A stretch of 64,000 nucleotides of DNA from Longimicrobiales bacterium (GCA_965198065.1 CBDAON010000004.1:1024001-1088000); one strand, 5' to 3'. Positions 43,193 to 56,087 are shown, counted from the stretch's first letter. Numbers and translations are program-made. The notes: generated by a model not told the origin, from the sequence alone.

Positions 43193-44024
43193 GGAATGCC
43201 GACCGCGGGAGGGCGGAGACCACGGCTCGGACGAGCCTCCCGAGGTCGCGTGCTCCGGTTCCCCCGGCGCGGAGCACGTCCCGATGGCTGAGCTCACCCT
43301 CCGCGAGCCCCGCGGCGCGGTTCACCACGAGTGACAGCGCGAGCACCCCGAGTCCGAGCCGTCGGGCCGCGAGCACCTCGGGCACCGTCGACATGCCCAC
43401 GAGGTCGGCCCCCAGGAGCCGGAGCGCCCGGACCTCCGCGGGCGTCTCGTAGGCCGGCCCGAGCACGGCCGCATACCGCCCTCGAGAGAACCGGATGCCG
43501 CGCTTCGCCGCCGCACTCTCAGCGAGCGCGATGAAGTCTTGATCGTACCACCCCCGGAAGAGACCACGGGCCCCCGGATCCGGGGCGGCCGCTCGACTTC
43601 CCTGAAGATCGAGGTGGCCGTCCAGTGCCACGATCGTTCCGGGCTCGAGATCCGCTCGGATGCCGCCCGCGGCGTTCGTGAGCACCACCACGCGAACGCC
43701 CAGCGTGGCCGCGACCTCGATGGGAACCGCCACGGTTCGCGCCGGATGTCCCTCGTAGCGGTGGAAGCGCCCGACCTGGACTAGGACGGCCCGTCCCCCG
43801 AGGCGGCCGTGGACGTAGTAGCCGGGATGGCCGCTGACGTCGGTGGAGGGAAGCCCCGGGATCTCCCCAAACGGCACCTGGACCGCCTCTTCCAGCCCGT
43901 TGGCAACGGCCTCGAGTCCCGACCCGGTAACGACGAGGACCCGGGGGTCCAGGGTGAGACGGGAAGCGAGGTAGCGCGCTGCGACGGCGGGATCCGCGAA
44001 GCTGGCTCTCACGACCGCCATCAT
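43164..44024 (-). CDS. punA: Purine-nucleoside phosphorylase (trimeric family)
   Basis: GSGL, GRFHRYEG, TNAAGG, GPAYETPAE, VGMSTVPE. Confidence 0.9.
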   Translation of the reverse strand: MMAVVRASFADPAVAARYLASRLTLDPRVLVVTGSGLEAVANGLEEAVQVPFGEIPGLPSTDVSGHPGYYVHGRLGGRAVLVQVGRFHRYEGHPARTVAVPIEVAATLGVRVVVLTNAAGGIRADLEPGTIVALDGHLDLQGSRAAAPDPGARGLFRGWYDQDFIALAESAAAKRGIRFSRGRYAAVLGPAYETPAEVRALRLLGADLVGMSTVPEVLAARRLGLGVLALSLVVNRAAGLAEGELSHRDVLRAGGTGARDLGRLVRAVVSALPRSAFPTDEPRRSG

Positions 44025-44106
44025 GCGGCCTTCAACGCGGGCCTGCCACTCCGGCCGGGTACCGGTTGAAATTCGGCCGATATGGCCGTTCTGGGGGCCT
44101 AATGAT

Positions 44107-44122
44107 CGGCACGGAGCTTGCT
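44107..44122 (+). promoter_or_regulatory. Sigma54 (-24/-12) promoter upstream of dnaK
   Basis: CGGCACG-GAGC-TTGCT matches YGGCACG-N4-TTGCW with exact GG-N10-GC spacing. Confidence 0.7.
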
Positions 44123-44231
44123 ACGCCGACGCTCGGGCAAACGCGTCTCTCGCGTATCCGGCGAGCGCCGCTCAGGGCTCCTCGACCCGCGCACGCTCCG
44201 CTGCCTCGAATCGAACCGGAGAGGAATCGAC

Positions 44232-46145
44232 ATGGCCAAAGTCATAGGGATCGACCTGGGGACCACCAACTCGGTGGTGGCAGTGATGGAGGGTGGTGAG
44301 CCCGTCGTCATTCCCAATGCGGAGGGAGGGCGCACGACGCCTTCCGTCGTCGGGTTCGCGAAGGACGGGGAGCGCCTGGTCGGGCAGGTCGCCCGGCGTC
44401 AGGCGATCACGAACCCGAACAATACGGTCTTCTCGATCAAGCGGTTCATGGGTCGAGCGTACGCGGAGGTAGTGGAAGAGCGGAAACTCGTTCCCTACGA
44501 GGTCGTACGCGACTCGGACGATCGGGTCCAGGTCAAGATCCCGAACGCGTCGAAGCCGTTCACCCCCCCCGAGATCTCCGCGGTCATCCTCCAGAAGATG
44601 AAGCAAACGGCCGAGGACTACCTGGGCCACGAGGTGGATCAGGCGGTCATCACGGTACCCGCGTACTTCAACGACTCGCAGCGGCAGGCCACGAAGGATG
44701 CCGGGAAGATCTCCGGGCTCGAGGTCCTCCGGATCATCAACGAGCCGACGGCTGCGGCCCTCGCCTACGGCCTGGACAAGAAAAAGGACGAGACGATCGC
44801 AGTCTTCGACCTCGGCGGTGGGACGTACGACATCTCGATCCTCGAGCTGGGGGACGGCGTGTTCGAGGTCAAAGCTACGAATGGGGACACCCATCTCGGG
44901 GGGGACGACTTCGACCAGCGGATCATCGACTGGCTCGTGCAGGAGTTCAACAAGGACCAGGGCATCGATCTGGCCAAGGACGTCATGGCGCTCCAGCGGC
45001 TGAAGGAAGCCGCCGAGAAGGCCAAGATGGAGCTCTCGTCCACCATGCAGACGGACATCAACCTCCCCTTCGTCACGGCGACCCAGGAGGGGCCGAAGCA
45101 CCTGAACATGACCCTCTCCCGCGCGAAGCTCGAGCAGCTCGTCGAGGACCTCGTCCAGCGGACGATCCCGCCCATGCAGGCCGCCCTGAAGGACGCCGGC
45201 CTGAATCCGTCGGACATTGACGAGGTGATTCTCGTCGGGGGCTCGACCCGGATGCCGAAGATCCAGGAGGTCGTGAAGAGCTTCTTCGGGAAGGATCTCC
45301 ACAGGGGGGTGAACCCGGACGAGGTCGTAGCCGTCGGCGCCGCCATTCAGGGTGGCGTGCTGGCCGGAGACGTGAAGGACGTGCTGCTTCTCGACGTGAT
45401 TCCCCTCTCGCTCGGGATCGAGACGCTGGGTGGCGTAAAGACGTCCCTGATCGAGCGGAACACGACGATCCCGACCAAGAAGACGGAGGTGTTCTCGACC
45501 GCCGAGGACAACCAGACCACAGTCGAGATCCACGTGCTCCAGGGCGAACGGAAGATGGCGCTCGACAACAAGACGATCGGGAAGTTCCAGCTGACCGGGA
45601 TCCCGCCGGCGCCGCGCGGCATGCCCCAGATCGAGGTGACATTCGACATCGACGCGAACGGAATCCTGAGCGTCTCCGCGAAGGACCGCGCCACGGAAAA
45701 GGAGCAGAAAATCCGGATCGAGGCCTCGTCGGGCCTCTCGGACACCGAGATCGAGCGGATGGTCAAGGATGCCGAGACCCACGCGGGGGAGGACGACGAG
45801 CGGAAGAAGAAGGTCGAGGCGAGGAACACCCTCGACTCCCTCGTCTACCAGGTCGAAAAGGACTCGAAGGAGTGGGCCGACAAGGTGGGGGCCGCCGAGA
45901 AGGAGCGGCTAGACAAGGCCGTCGAGGCCGCGAAGGAGGCGCTCAAGTCCGACGACGCCGCCACGCTGAACTGGGACCGGGACAAGCTGATGCAGGCCTT
46001 CAGCGCCGCCGGCCAGCAAGTCTATCAGGCGCAGGCCTCAGAGGCGCCCGACGGAGAGGCCACGGTGGAGCCGGAGACGCCCGCGGAGGACGCAGAGGAG
46101 GTCGTGGAGGCGGATTACGAGATCGTCGAGGACGAGACCAGCTGA
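44232..46145 (+). CDS. dnaK: Chaperone DnaK (Hsp70)
   Basis: [37 protein letters not shown]. Confidence 0.98.
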   Translation: MAKVIGIDLGTTNSVVAVMEGGEPVVIPNAEGGRTTPSVVGFAKDGERLVGQVARRQAITNPNNTVFSIKRFMGRAYAEVVEERKLVPYEVVRDSDDRVQVKIPNASKPFTPPEISAVILQKMKQTAEDYLGHEVDQAVITVPAYFNDSQRQATKDAGKISGLEVLRIINEPTAAALAYGLDKKKDETIAVFDLGGGTYDISILELGDGVFEVKATNGDTHLGGDDFDQRIIDWLVQEFNKDQGIDLAKDVMALQRLKEAAEKAKMELSSTMQTDINLPFVTATQEGPKHLNMTLSRAKLEQLVEDLVQRTIPPMQAALKDAGLNPSDIDEVILVGGSTRMPKIQEVVKSFFGKDLHRGVNPDEVVAVGAAIQGGVLAGDVKDVLLLDVIPLSLGIETLGGVKTSLIERNTTIPTKKTEVFSTAEDNQTTVEIHVLQGERKMALDNKTIGKFQLTGIPPAPRGMPQIEVTFDIDANGILSVSAKDRATEKEQKIRIEASSGLSDTEIERMVKDAETHAGEDDERKKKVEARNTLDSLVYQVEKDSKEWADKVGAAEKERLDKAVEAAKEALKSDDAATLNWDRDKLMQAFSAAGQQVYQAQASEAPDGEATVEPETPAEDAEEVVEADYEIVEDETS

Positions 46146-46157
46146 CCTGAACGAAAC

Positions 46158-46208
46158 GGGGGGCCCGGGCATCCAACGAGAGGATCCCACGAGAGGATCC
46201 CGGCCCCC
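46158..46208 (+). repeat. GC-rich hairpin containing a 13-nt tandem duplication
   Basis: GGGGGCCCGGGCATCC...GGATCCCGGCCCCC arms; ACGAGAGGATCCC at 46176 and 46189. Confidence 0.65.
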
Positions 46209-46296
46209 AGGGCGGTGTAGAAGGCTCCGGTTCCGCGCGGGCGTGTGAACACGTGCCCCGACGACTTCGGAGATGAACGGGAAGGGAGAGGTGACC

Positions 46297-47841
46297 ATGC
46301 TCGACCCCCTCAAGACCAAGACGCGACTCCTCCTTTATACGCTCGTCGCCCTCGTCTTGGGGACGGCTGGCGCTTCGGTGATGGGATGGACGTCCCTCAC
46401 CGCGACGCCCGCGATCGTCCAGGTGCCACAGCTGTCGGACGCCGCGGTCCGCCCGGCGCTCGATCTGAGCGAGGCCTTCGTCAACGTGTCCAATGCCGTG
46501 ACCCCGGCCGTCGTGCGGATCGAGGCCGAGCGGCCGGTCTCCGCGGCCGATCTGCCGCAGGGCGGGTTCCCCTTCGACTTCCCCAATCCAGGTCAGGGTC
46601 AGACCCCGGACGAGCTTCCGCTCCGGACGGCCGGCGGGAGCGGCTTCATCGTAAGCGAGGACGGCTACATCCTCACGAACGACCACGTGGTCGCGGACGC
46701 GAGGCAGATCCGGGTATACCTCGCCGACCACCGGGAGTACACGGCGGAGGTGGTCGGGACGGATCCAACGACCGACGTCGCGGTCATCAGGATCCAGGGC
46801 GAGGCCTTCCCCACGCTTAGCCTAGGGAGCTCCACAGACGTCCGGGTGGGCGAATGGGTGCTCGCGATCGGGAATCCGGGCTTCAGCGGCAGCTCCCCAC
46901 TCGACAACACTGTCACGGCCGGAATCGTGAGCGCGATGGGACGCCCCTTGAACCTCATTCGTGAGGAGCTCTCGCGGCTGGACGCGTGGCAGGCATTGGC
47001 CGGGTACTCGATCGAGGACTTCATCCAGACGGATGCGGTCATCAATCCCGGGAACTCCGGCGGCCCGCTCGTGAACATGCGAGGCCAGGTCGTCGGCATC
47101 AATTCGGCCATCGCGTCCACCACGGGCTCCTTCCAGGGATACGGGTTCGCCGTTCCGATCGACCTAGCCGGCCGCGTCATGCAGGATCTCGTGGCGTACG
47201 GGGAGGTCCGTCGGGCTCGGCTGGGCGTCGCGATGCGGGAAGTCACGCCCGTTGACGCGGAGCTCTACGGGCTCCCGCGGCCGGAGGGCGCATTCGTGAA
47301 CGAGGTCGTGGACAACACCCCGGCGGCACGGGCCGGGCTCCGCCCAGAAGACGTCATCGTCAGCGTGGACGGCCAGGCCATTCGATATCCCGCGCAGCTC
47401 CAGTCCACGATCGCCCAGCGACGGCCGGCGGACGAGGTGACGATCGCCTATTACCGGGACCGGGAGCGTCGCGAGGTCACCCTCCGCCTGGACCAGGCGT
47501 CCCTGACCCCGCAGCCAACGAGGGTCTCCTCACGGCCCCCCGCGGTGCAGTCGCTCCTCGGGATCGAGGTGGCTGAGCTGGACGCCCAAACCGCGCAGCA
47601 GCTGCAGTACGACGACGCGGGCGGCGTCTTCATCCAGAACGTGAACCCCACGAGCCCGGCCGCGCGGGCCGGCGTCCGCCCCGGTCTCCGGGTGCTGCAG
47701 ATCAACCGCCAGCCCGTGGAAACGGTCGAGGACGCCGAGGGGCTCCTCGAGGGGCTGGACCTCGGACAGATCGTGACGTTCCTCATGCAGGGGCCGGACG
47801 GCAACAGTCGGATCGTGAACGTGCAGGTTCCGCGGGACTGA
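46297..47841 (+). CDS. degP: DegP/HtrA serine protease with two PDZ domains
   Basis: TNDHVV, TDVAV, IQTDAVINPGNSGGPL, two PDZ domains. Confidence 0.92.
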   Translation: MLDPLKTKTRLLLYTLVALVLGTAGASVMGWTSLTATPAIVQVPQLSDAAVRPALDLSEAFVNVSNAVTPAVVRIEAERPVSAADLPQGGFPFDFPNPGQGQTPDELPLRTAGGSGFIVSEDGYILTNDHVVADARQIRVYLADHREYTAEVVGTDPTTDVAVIRIQGEAFPTLSLGSSTDVRVGEWVLAIGNPGFSGSSPLDNTVTAGIVSAMGRPLNLIREELSRLDAWQALAGYSIEDFIQTDAVINPGNSGGPLVNMRGQVVGINSAIASTTGSFQGYGFAVPIDLAGRVMQDLVAYGEVRRARLGVAMREVTPVDAELYGLPRPEGAFVNEVVDNTPAARAGLRPEDVIVSVDGQAIRYPAQLQSTIAQRRPADEVTIAYYRDRERREVTLRLDQASLTPQPTRVSSRPPAVQSLLGIEVAELDAQTAQQLQYDDAGGVFIQNVNPTSPAARAGVRPGLRVLQINRQPVETVEDAEGLLEGLDLGQIVTFLMQGPDGNSRIVNVQVPRD

Positions 47842-47936
47842 CTCTCGCCCCGTGGGCGAGCGTGGGGTCGATCACGGGCTCTCACGTCCGTCCGCGCGTC
47901 CGAGGAGAAGGTACGGGGTCCCGGAGGTTCGCGTCG

Positions 47937-47965
47937 TTGAACCCCCCCGGGGCCTCGATTATGTT
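47937..47965 (+). promoter_or_regulatory. Sigma70 promoter for tRNA-Leu/tig
   Basis: TTGAAC-17 nt-TATGTT. Confidence 0.55.
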
Positions 47966-47990
47966 CTTTTTCCGACGTTACGGGCCGAAC

Positions 47991-48073
47991 GCGAAAGTGG
48001 CGGAACTGGTAGACGCGCGAGATTTAGGATCTCGTGGCCCTAGGCCGTGGGGGTTCGAGTCCCTCCTTTCGCA
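47991..48073 (+). tRNA. tRNA-Leu (anticodon TAG); CCA not encoded
   Basis: GCGAAAG/CTTTCGC acceptor stem, CGAGA-TTTAGGA-TCTCG anticodon arm, long variable arm, GTTCGAGT T-loop. Confidence 0.96.
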
Positions 48074-48102
48074 TCCTTCCCGATTCCATCCTCCTCGACG
48101 TC

Positions 48103-49368
48103 ATGGCGATCGACCTCTCCAAGCTCCAGGTCTCTGTTGCGGAGAGCGAGCGCTGGCGGCGGACGGTGAGCATCACGGTGCCCCGGGAGGTCGTGGAGAC
48201 GGAGCGGCGTGCCGCAGTCAAGGCGTTTTCCTCGCGACTCCGGCTGCCCGGCTTCCGTGCCGGGAAGGTGCCCCCGGGTGTGGTGGAGAAGCGGTTCGGT
48301 CCGGCCCTCGACCAGGAGCTCGTCGATCGAGTCATCGGTGACGTCTACCGGCGGGTCCTGGAGGACCGGGAGATGCAGCCGATCAGCGAGGGGGAGGTGG
48401 GCGACGTGCAGTATCGCCCTGAGTCCGACCTGAGCTTCGCCGTCTCCTTCGACGTGGCTCCCCGGATCGAGCTCGCTCGCCTCGGCGGCTTCAGGGTGGA
48501 GCGCCCCGAGATCCCGATCACCGAGGGAGAGGTGGAAGGGGTCCTCGGCCGCGTGAGGGAGCGGGAGGGAACGTGGGTGCCTGTCGAGGGCCGCTCCCCC
48601 GCGTCGGGAGAGCGCGTCGAGGTCCGGATCCAGAGACTGGAGGAAAAGGACGCCCAGCCACGCGCGTACGAGTTCCGGCTGGGCGGGGGCGAGGCGATCG
48701 CGGACGTGGAAGGTGCGATCCAGTCTCTCGAGCCGGGCACGTCGGGCGAGTTCACGATCGAGTTTCCCGAGGACTCCGCGCCCGGCGCTGAGCCCGGCGA
48801 GCCGTCGTCCCGTGCGAGGAGCCTCAGGATCACCCTCGATTCGGTAAAGCGACTCGAGCTTCCGGAGCTTGACGACGAGTTCGCGAGAGCCACGGGGGAG
48901 TTCGAAGACCTGGCGGACATGAGGGCCCGGATCCGAGAGGATCTCGAGAAGGAGGCCGCGCGGGAGGCGGAGGCCCGCCTCCGGGACGCGCTCATCGAGC
49001 AGATTCTGTCGGCGAACTCGTTCGACGTCCCCGAATCGATGGTCGAACGGTTCATTCGAGCCGCCCTCGGCAACCCGAAGGAGCTGGCCGAGGAGAGGTG
49101 GGAGGAAGCGAAGCGGGAGCTCCGCCCAGGGGCCGTGGCGGGGGTGAGGCGGCACCTCGTCGTGACCCGGATCGCGGAGACCGAGGGGCTCACCGCCACT
49201 CCCTCGGACGTGGACGCGAGGATCGAGACAATGGCGAAGCGGGGCGGGGTCTCGCCCGCGGACGTTTACTCTCGGCTCCAGCGCGCCGGACAGATCGAAC
49301 GACTCGAGCGCGAGGTTACGGAAGACAAGGTCTTCGAGTTTCTGAAGGAGAAGTCCGAGATCCGATAA
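48103..49368 (+). CDS. tig: Trigger factor
   Basis: LPGFRAGKVP ribosome-binding motif, LPELDDEFA; upstream of clpP. Confidence 0.94.
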   Translation: MAIDLSKLQVSVAESERWRRTVSITVPREVVETERRAAVKAFSSRLRLPGFRAGKVPPGVVEKRFGPALDQELVDRVIGDVYRRVLEDREMQPISEGEVGDVQYRPESDLSFAVSFDVAPRIELARLGGFRVERPEIPITEGEVEGVLGRVREREGTWVPVEGRSPASGERVEVRIQRLEEKDAQPRAYEFRLGGGEAIADVEGAIQSLEPGTSGEFTIEFPEDSAPGAEPGEPSSRARSLRITLDSVKRLELPELDDEFARATGEFEDLADMRARIREDLEKEAAREAEARLRDALIEQILSANSFDVPESMVERFIRAALGNPKELAEERWEEAKRELRPGAVAGVRRHLVVTRIAETEGLTATPSDVDARIETMAKRGGVSPADVYSRLQRAGQIERLEREVTEDKVFEFLKEKSEIR

Positions 49369-49522
49369 ACCGGACGGACCCCGCGCCTCCTCGGCAGCCG
49401 GTCCAGGGGACGGCTTCCTCTCAGCGCCTCCCGGCGCGAACTTTCAGCCGGACCCGATCCCCCGCGACACGGGGGCCCCGGGCCGATGCTCCTAGCCCGA
49501 CGGACCCGAACGGACCACCGCG

Positions 49523-50158
49523 ATGCCGATCTTCCCGCCGTACGTGATCGAGCGAACGAGCCGCGGGGAGCGTAGCTACGACATCTTCTCGCGGCTCCTC
49601 ATGGATCGCATCGTGTTCCTGGGGAGCGGGGTAGACGACATGGTGGCGAACGTGATCGTGGCGCAGCTCCTCTTTCTCGACGCGGACGATCCCGAGCGCG
49701 ACATCTACTTTTACATCAACTCACCCGGCGGCAACGTTTACGCGGGCCTCGCGATCTACGACACGATACAGCATCTCAAGGCACCCGTCTCCACTTTTTG
49801 CGTCGGGATGGCGGCCTCCATGAGCGCCCTTCTCCTGGCCGGAGGGGCAGACGGAAAGCGCAGCGCCCTCCCGAATTCGCGGATCCTGATCCACCAACCC
49901 TCCTCCGGGTACCAGGGGACGGCGGCGGACATCGAGATCGCGGCCAAGGAGGTGCTGGGAATCCGGGAGCGGTTGAACCAGATCCTGGCCCAACACACGG
50001 GGAAGACGGTCGAGAAGGTCGCCGAGGACGTGGACCGCGACTACTTCATGAGCGCGGAGGAGGCGAAGGACTACGGGTTGATCGATCGGGTCCTCACGCG
50101 GCGAGATCAGGTGGAGAAGCCAAAAGACTCGGAGTCGGAGAAGAAGTCGGAGGCGTAA
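49523..50158 (+). CDS. clpP: ATP-dependent Clp protease proteolytic subunit
   Basis: [28 protein letters not shown]. Confidence 0.97.
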   Translation: MPIFPPYVIERTSRGERSYDIFSRLLMDRIVFLGSGVDDMVANVIVAQLLFLDADDPERDIYFYINSPGGNVYAGLAIYDTIQHLKAPVSTFCVGMAASMSALLLAGGADGKRSALPNSRILIHQPSSGYQGTAADIEIAAKEVLGIRERLNQILAQHTGKTVEKVAEDVDRDYFMSAEEAKDYGLIDRVLTRRDQVEKPKDSESEKKSEA

Positions 50159-50159
50159 C

Positions 50160-51419
<1,260 letters not shown>

Positions 51420-51432
51420 TCCCCCCGGGGCC

Positions 51433-53889
51433 ATGACGGAGGAAGCGAGGCCCTCCACCCTGGAAACGCCCGTGCCGGAGCGGGTTCCCGCGCTGGCGCT
51501 CCGCGACCTCGTCTTCTTCCCCTCCATGGTCCTTCCCCTCCTGGTCGGCCGCCCCAGGTCGGCGGCCGCGCTCGCGGAGGCACAAGCGCCGGACGCCGGC
51601 GGCCTCGTCCTCCTGGTCGCGCAGCGCGACCCAGGCGCCGAGGACCCTTCCGCCGGAGACCTCCACCGTGTCGGAACCGTCGCCCGGGTGATCCAGTCCA
51701 CGCCCCTGGACGACGGCACGGCGAGAGTCGTCTTGGAGGGCCTGGCGCGGGCCCAAGTACAGCGCTTCCTCCCGGGGCCTGGACCGTTCCGAGCTGAGAT
51801 ATCCCTGCTCGGATACCCCGACGCGGGACAGCCGCCCGACATCGCCCCGAGCGACTCGGAGCTCCAGGCGGTGATGCGGCGAGTGGACCGGGGGTTCCGC
51901 GATTACGTGCAGCTCCATCCCGACCTACCGTCCGACCTCGCGGCGGCCGTCTCCGACGTGGAAGACCCGACCAAGTCGGGGCACCGCGTCGCGGGCCATC
52001 TGCTGGTCACGGCCCGCGAGAAGCAGGGCCTCCTCGAAGCTGAGACCCTGGAGGGGCTCTTCGGGGAGCTCATGGCGATCCTCGAGCGGGAGCTGGAAAT
52101 CCTCCGGATCGAGGACCGGCTGGATCGGGAGATGCGCCGTCGCATGGACGACGATCGTCGCCAGCACTACCTGAACGAACAGCTCAAGGCGATCCAGAAG
52201 GAGCTGGGGTCCGGGAGCCCCGAGTTCGACGACGTGCGGAAGCGCTTGGACGCCACCGCCCTTCCCGACCCCGCCCGGGAGAAGGCCGAGCTCGAGTTCG
52301 AGCGGCTCCAGCGGATGAACCCGGTCGCCCCCGAAGCCACTGTGATCCGCAGCTATCTCGACTGGCTCCTCAGTCTCCCCTGGGAGGAGCGCACGGACGA
52401 CAACCCGGACGTCGCGCACGCTCGGACCGTCCTCTCGGACGCCCACTACGGCCTGGAGGAGGTGAACGACCGGATCCTCGACCACATCGCTGTCCTCTCG
52501 CTCGTCGGGGAGCTCAAGGGGCCGATCCTCTGCCTGGTCGGGCCGCCGGGCGTGGGAAAGACGTCTCTCGGAAAGAGCATTGCCCGGGCGCTGAGCCGCC
52601 GCTTCGTCCGGGTGGCCCTCGGCGGCGTACGGGATGAAGCCGAGATCCGCGGCCACCGGCGTACCTATGTGGGAAGCCTCCCGGGACGGGTCCTCCAGGG
52701 GATCCGGCGGGCCCGGAGCCGGAACCCCGTCTTCCTCTTGGACGAGGTGGACAAGCTCGCCAAGGACGGTCACGGGGATCCCTCCGCGGCGCTTCTTGAG
52801 GTCCTCGATCCGGAGCAGAATCGCACGTTCCAGGATCATTACCTCGAGCTCGAGTTCGATCTCTCGGAGGTCCTGTTCGTGGCCACGGCCAACACACTAG
52901 GCGGGATACCGGATCCGCTTCGGGACCGGATGGAGGTCATCCGGATTCCCGGGTACCTGGACACGGAGAAGCGAAACATCGCCCGAAGCTTCCTCATCCC
53001 GGAGCAGCTCCGCCGGCACGGGCTCGATCCGGCTCGCGTCCGGATTCCGGACGACGCGGTGGACCGGATCGTCGAGGGGTACACCCGGGAGGCCGGGGTA
53101 CGCGAGCTCGACCGGCTCCTCGCGAAGGTGGCGCGGAAGATGGCGCGCCGCGTCGCCGAAGGAGCGGTCGCGCCTGCCGACGAGGTGTGCGTCCGGGTCG
53201 CGGATCTGCCGGACCTGCTGGGCCCCGTCCGGCACCAGCGAACCCCCCCAGACGGCCAGGCGGACCGAGTCGGCATCGCCACCGGGCTGGCCTGGACCGT
53301 CGCAGGGGGGGAGCTCCTCGAGGTCGAGGTCTCGGTCGTGCCGGGGGGTGGATCGGTCCAGCTCACGGGCACGCTCGGGGACGTGATGAAGGAGTCCGCG
53401 GTCGCGGCCGTCACGTACGCGCGGGCCCGAGCGCGGGAGTTCGGGCTCAAGGCTCACTTCCACAGCGAGGTGGACGTCCACATCCACATCCCGGAGGGAG
53501 CGACCCCGAAGGAAGGACCCTCCGCAGGGGTCACGATCGCGGCGGCGCTCGTCTCCGCCCTGACCGGTATCCCCACGCGGGGGGACGTGGCGCTCACGGG
53601 CGAGATTACGCTCAGAGGTCGGGTCCTTCCCGTCGGGGGCATCAAGGAGAAGGCGGTCGCCGCGCTCAGGAACGGGATCGCGACCGTGGTCCTGCCCGAG
53701 GGAAACACCTCCGAGCTCGATCTCCTTCCCGCCGAAGTACGCGAGCGCGTCCGCTTTCGCCCGGTGGATCGCATGGACGCGGTTCTCGATCTCGTCCTCG
53801 CTGCCCGGCCGGGCGTGGCGAACCAGGTCAGCACGGCTCTCGGAGAGGCCTTGGGGAGTTCGAGCCCCGGGACCCAGCTCTCCCAGTGA
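51433..53889 (+). CDS. lon: Lon protease (LonA)
   Basis: [30 protein letters not shown]. Confidence 0.96.
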   Translation: MTEEARPSTLETPVPERVPALALRDLVFFPSMVLPLLVGRPRSAAALAEAQAPDAGGLVLLVAQRDPGAEDPSAGDLHRVGTVARVIQSTPLDDGTARVVLEGLARAQVQRFLPGPGPFRAEISLLGYPDAGQPPDIAPSDSELQAVMRRVDRGFRDYVQLHPDLPSDLAAAVSDVEDPTKSGHRVAGHLLVTAREKQGLLEAETLEGLFGELMAILERELEILRIEDRLDREMRRRMDDDRRQHYLNEQLKAIQKELGSGSPEFDDVRKRLDATALPDPAREKAELEFERLQRMNPVAPEATVIRSYLDWLLSLPWEERTDDNPDVAHARTVLSDAHYGLEEVNDRILDHIAVLSLVGELKGPILCLVGPPGVGKTSLGKSIARALSRRFVRVALGGVRDEAEIRGHRRTYVGSLPGRVLQGIRRARSRNPVFLLDEVDKLAKDGHGDPSAALLEVLDPEQNRTFQDHYLELEFDLSEVLFVATANTLGGIPDPLRDRMEVIRIPGYLDTEKRNIARSFLIPEQLRRHGLDPARVRIPDDAVDRIVEGYTREAGVRELDRLLAKVARKMARRVAEGAVAPADEVCVRVADLPDLLGPVRHQRTPPDGQADRVGIATGLAWTVAGGELLEVEVSVVPGGGSVQLTGTLGDVMKESAVAAVTYARARAREFGLKAHFHSEVDVHIHIPEGATPKEGPSAGVTIAAALVSALTGIPTRGDVALTGEITLRGRVLPVGGIKEKAVAALRNGIATVVLPEGNTSELDLLPAEVRERVRFRPVDRMDAVLDLVLAARPGVANQVSTALGEALGSSSPGTQLSQ

Positions 53890-54485
53890 AGATCCGGTCC
53901 GTGGAGTTCTCGGGGACCGTCATGGATCCCCGCGGCTCCCTTCCCGGATCACTTCCCCAAGTCGCCTTCGCGGGACGCTCGAACGTGGGCAAGTCCTCGC
54001 TGATCAACGTGCTCCTCGGTCGGACCCGGAAGAAGCTCGCGCACGTTTCCGGAGATCCTGGAAAAACTAGGGGGCTGAACTTCTACCGCGTGAACGACCA
54101 CTTCTTCCTGGTGGACCTGCCCGGCTTCGGGTTCGCGAACGTCCCCGCTCCCGTCCGAGAGAGCTGGAAGGCACTGGCCGAGGGTTACCTGGAGAGACCG
54201 GACGGACCGGCGGCCGTCGTCCAGCTCGTTGATATTCGCCACGGGCCGACCCATGGTGACCTGACGATGCTCGAGTACCTCGCCGGGCGGGGGCTTCCGA
54301 CGGTGGTCGTCCTGACGAAGGCGGACAAGCTGGGGCGCGAGCGACGGATGAAGGCGGTGTCGGAGCGCACGCGGGACCTGGGGCTCGACTCCGAGCAGGT
54401 GGTTCTATTCTCGGCCAAGACGGGGGCGGGGCGGGACTTGCTCCTGGACGCGCTCGAGCACCTCCTGGAAGTGCCGGAGCGATGA
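53886..54485 (+). CDS. engB: Ribosome biogenesis GTPase EngB/YihA
   Basis: [26 protein letters not shown] overlaps the lon stop. Confidence 0.94.
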   Translation: MKIRSVEFSGTVMDPRGSLPGSLPQVAFAGRSNVGKSSLINVLLGRTRKKLAHVSGDPGKTRGLNFYRVNDHFFLVDLPGFGFANVPAPVRESWKALAEGYLERPDGPAAVVQLVDIRHGPTHGDLTMLEYLAGRGLPTVVVLTKADKLGRERRMKAVSERTRDLGLDSEQVVLFSAKTGAGRDLLLDALEHLLEVPER

Positions 54486-55168
54486 GAGCAAGAGGCTGTC
54501 CTCGTGCCGGCGCGAAGGGACGGCGACTCGGAGCGGTCCTCGCCCTCGGCCTCCTGGGAACCCCGGGATGCGGCCTGATCTTCCCGGCGAGCTCCCGCTC
54601 GGGCGGTGGGCCTGTCGCCGACCCCGCTCCCACCGCCCCAGCGGCCACGGCCCCCGAGGAACTACCCCCCGGTCTCGGCGCGCTCCGGCAGGAGGAGATC
54701 TCGATCACGCTCCGCCGCGGGGATCTCCAGATCCGGGTGACCCCGCTCCACGAGTCCGTGATCCGCGTCACCGCGCCCGACACCTACGAGCGCCTCTCCG
54801 CCCTCGCCCGGGGGCATCAGGAGCTCTTCCGTGAACGGACCGGCACTGCCGTCCCCTTCCAACTCTTCCTGGTGTCCCTGTACACGGAGGCGCCGGAGGC
54901 CGCGTTCGAGCCGGAGGCCCTGAACCTGGTCAGCCAGGGCCTCCGATACCGACCGGCCGAAGTCCGCTCGCTCACACCCGAGTGGGAGACACGGCGCCTC
55001 CGCCCACGGGAGGCGCTCATGGCCGTCTACGCGTTCCCCGACGGGATCGACCTGGCGCAGGACCTGGAGGTCGAATATCAGGAGCTCAGGAGCCGGGACT
55101 GGAACCGGGTGCTTCCCGTGATCGAGGCGGAGCGGGCGAGGCTCAGGACCAGGCAGGTGGGCGGATAG
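54482..55168 (+). CDS. Hypothetical lipoprotein
   Basis: Signal with TPGC, coupled to engB (ATGA overlap), protein-like composition. Confidence 0.72.
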   Translation: MRARGCPRAGAKGRRLGAVLALGLLGTPGCGLIFPASSRSGGGPVADPAPTAPAATAPEELPPGLGALRQEEISITLRRGDLQIRVTPLHESVIRVTAPDTYERLSALARGHQELFRERTGTAVPFQLFLVSLYTEAPEAAFEPEALNLVSQGLRYRPAEVRSLTPEWETRRLRPREALMAVYAFPDGIDLAQDLEVEYQELRSRDWNRVLPVIEAERARLRTRQVGG

Positions 55169-55268
55169 GGACGGAGGACGCCGCAGGGTCAGTGCAGCTA
55201 AACGCGGTTCTGAATCGAGCCTGCCGAGCGCGTTCAGGGCTCTGACCCGGTGCCCCCGGGTGCGCCCC

Positions 55269-56087
55269 TCAGTGCGTCATGATCCACACGGCCACGTTCA
55301 CACCGATCGCGTACGCGTCAGGTGAGAAGAGCCTGAAGTACGAGGCGTCGTCCGCCTCCCGCTCCCACCCGTCCGCGATATCCGTGTTGTGGCTCATGAG
55401 CACGATGATGCGCCCCGCCTCGTCCATGATCGCATAGATCCGGGGGGTCGAGCTTTCCGCGCCGCGCTCGGAGGTGGAGGCGCCCGGCGACCAGAACTGG
55501 ATAGCAGTGATCTGCGGGATCTCGTCGATTCGGTAGACGATCGAGTACAACGGGTGGTCCATGGGAAGCTCCACCGGCGCGTACTCCGGAAGGACCTTCG
55601 CCATCTCCCCGGTAAACTGGGCCAGGGCACGGTCTCCCCAGAAGTCGTCGGCCCAGAGGAACCCGCCCTTGAGCAGGTAGGACCGGAGCGCTTCGACCTC
55701 CTCCGGCGTGAACCCTGCGGTGCCGGCGTCCGACGCGGCGACGAACGGGCACTGGTGGAGGCCCGGGTCCGACGGGCGGAAGACCGCGATCCCTGCCATG
55801 CCGTTCGACCACGCGCTCGGACCTGCTGTCGTCAGCTCGGCCAGACGCGTGGTGAGGTTCAAGTCGGAGCCCGGATAATCCGTGCTCCACCCGACCCCTC
55901 CCTGCTCCCGCCGGACGGACGTGTACTGGAGCCGGCAGAAGGTGAAGCCGCCCGGGCGATCGGGAAGCCCCGTCGTCACCGGCCGCCCGCCTCCCTCGCG
56001 GGACCTCCCGTAGACGAACTGAGAAAGCGCCTGGGACGGCACGAGGAGAAGAGCGACGAGCGCGACGGCGAAGGACCGCTGGATCAT
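55269..56087 (-). CDS. DUF4159 domain secreted protein
   Basis: FTFCRLQY, WSTDYP, YLLKGGFLWADDFWG, HNTDIADGWE. Confidence 0.8.
   Translation of the reverse strand: MIQRSFAVALVALLLVPSQALSQFVYGRSREGGGRPVTTGLPDRPGGFTFCRLQYTSVRREQGGVGWSTDYPGSDLNLTTRLAELTTAGPSAWSNGMAGIAVFRPSDPGLHQCPFVAASDAGTAGFTPEEVEALRSYLLKGGFLWADDFWGDRALAQFTGEMAKVLPEYAPVELPMDHPLYSIVYRIDEIPQITAIQFWSPGASTSERGAESSTPRIYAIMDEAGRIIVLMSHNTDIADGWEREADDASYFRLFSPDAYAIGVNVAVWIMTH

Noticed and set aside
44172..45782. 536-aa antisense ORF to dnaK, and similar long antisense ORFs over atpA, tig, lon and susC
   Set aside because: Shadow ORFs from high-GC codon bias; no recognisable motifs
47991..48103. tRNA-Leu as an island integration site
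   Set aside because: Followed directly by tig; no duplicated tRNA 3' end seen in the window
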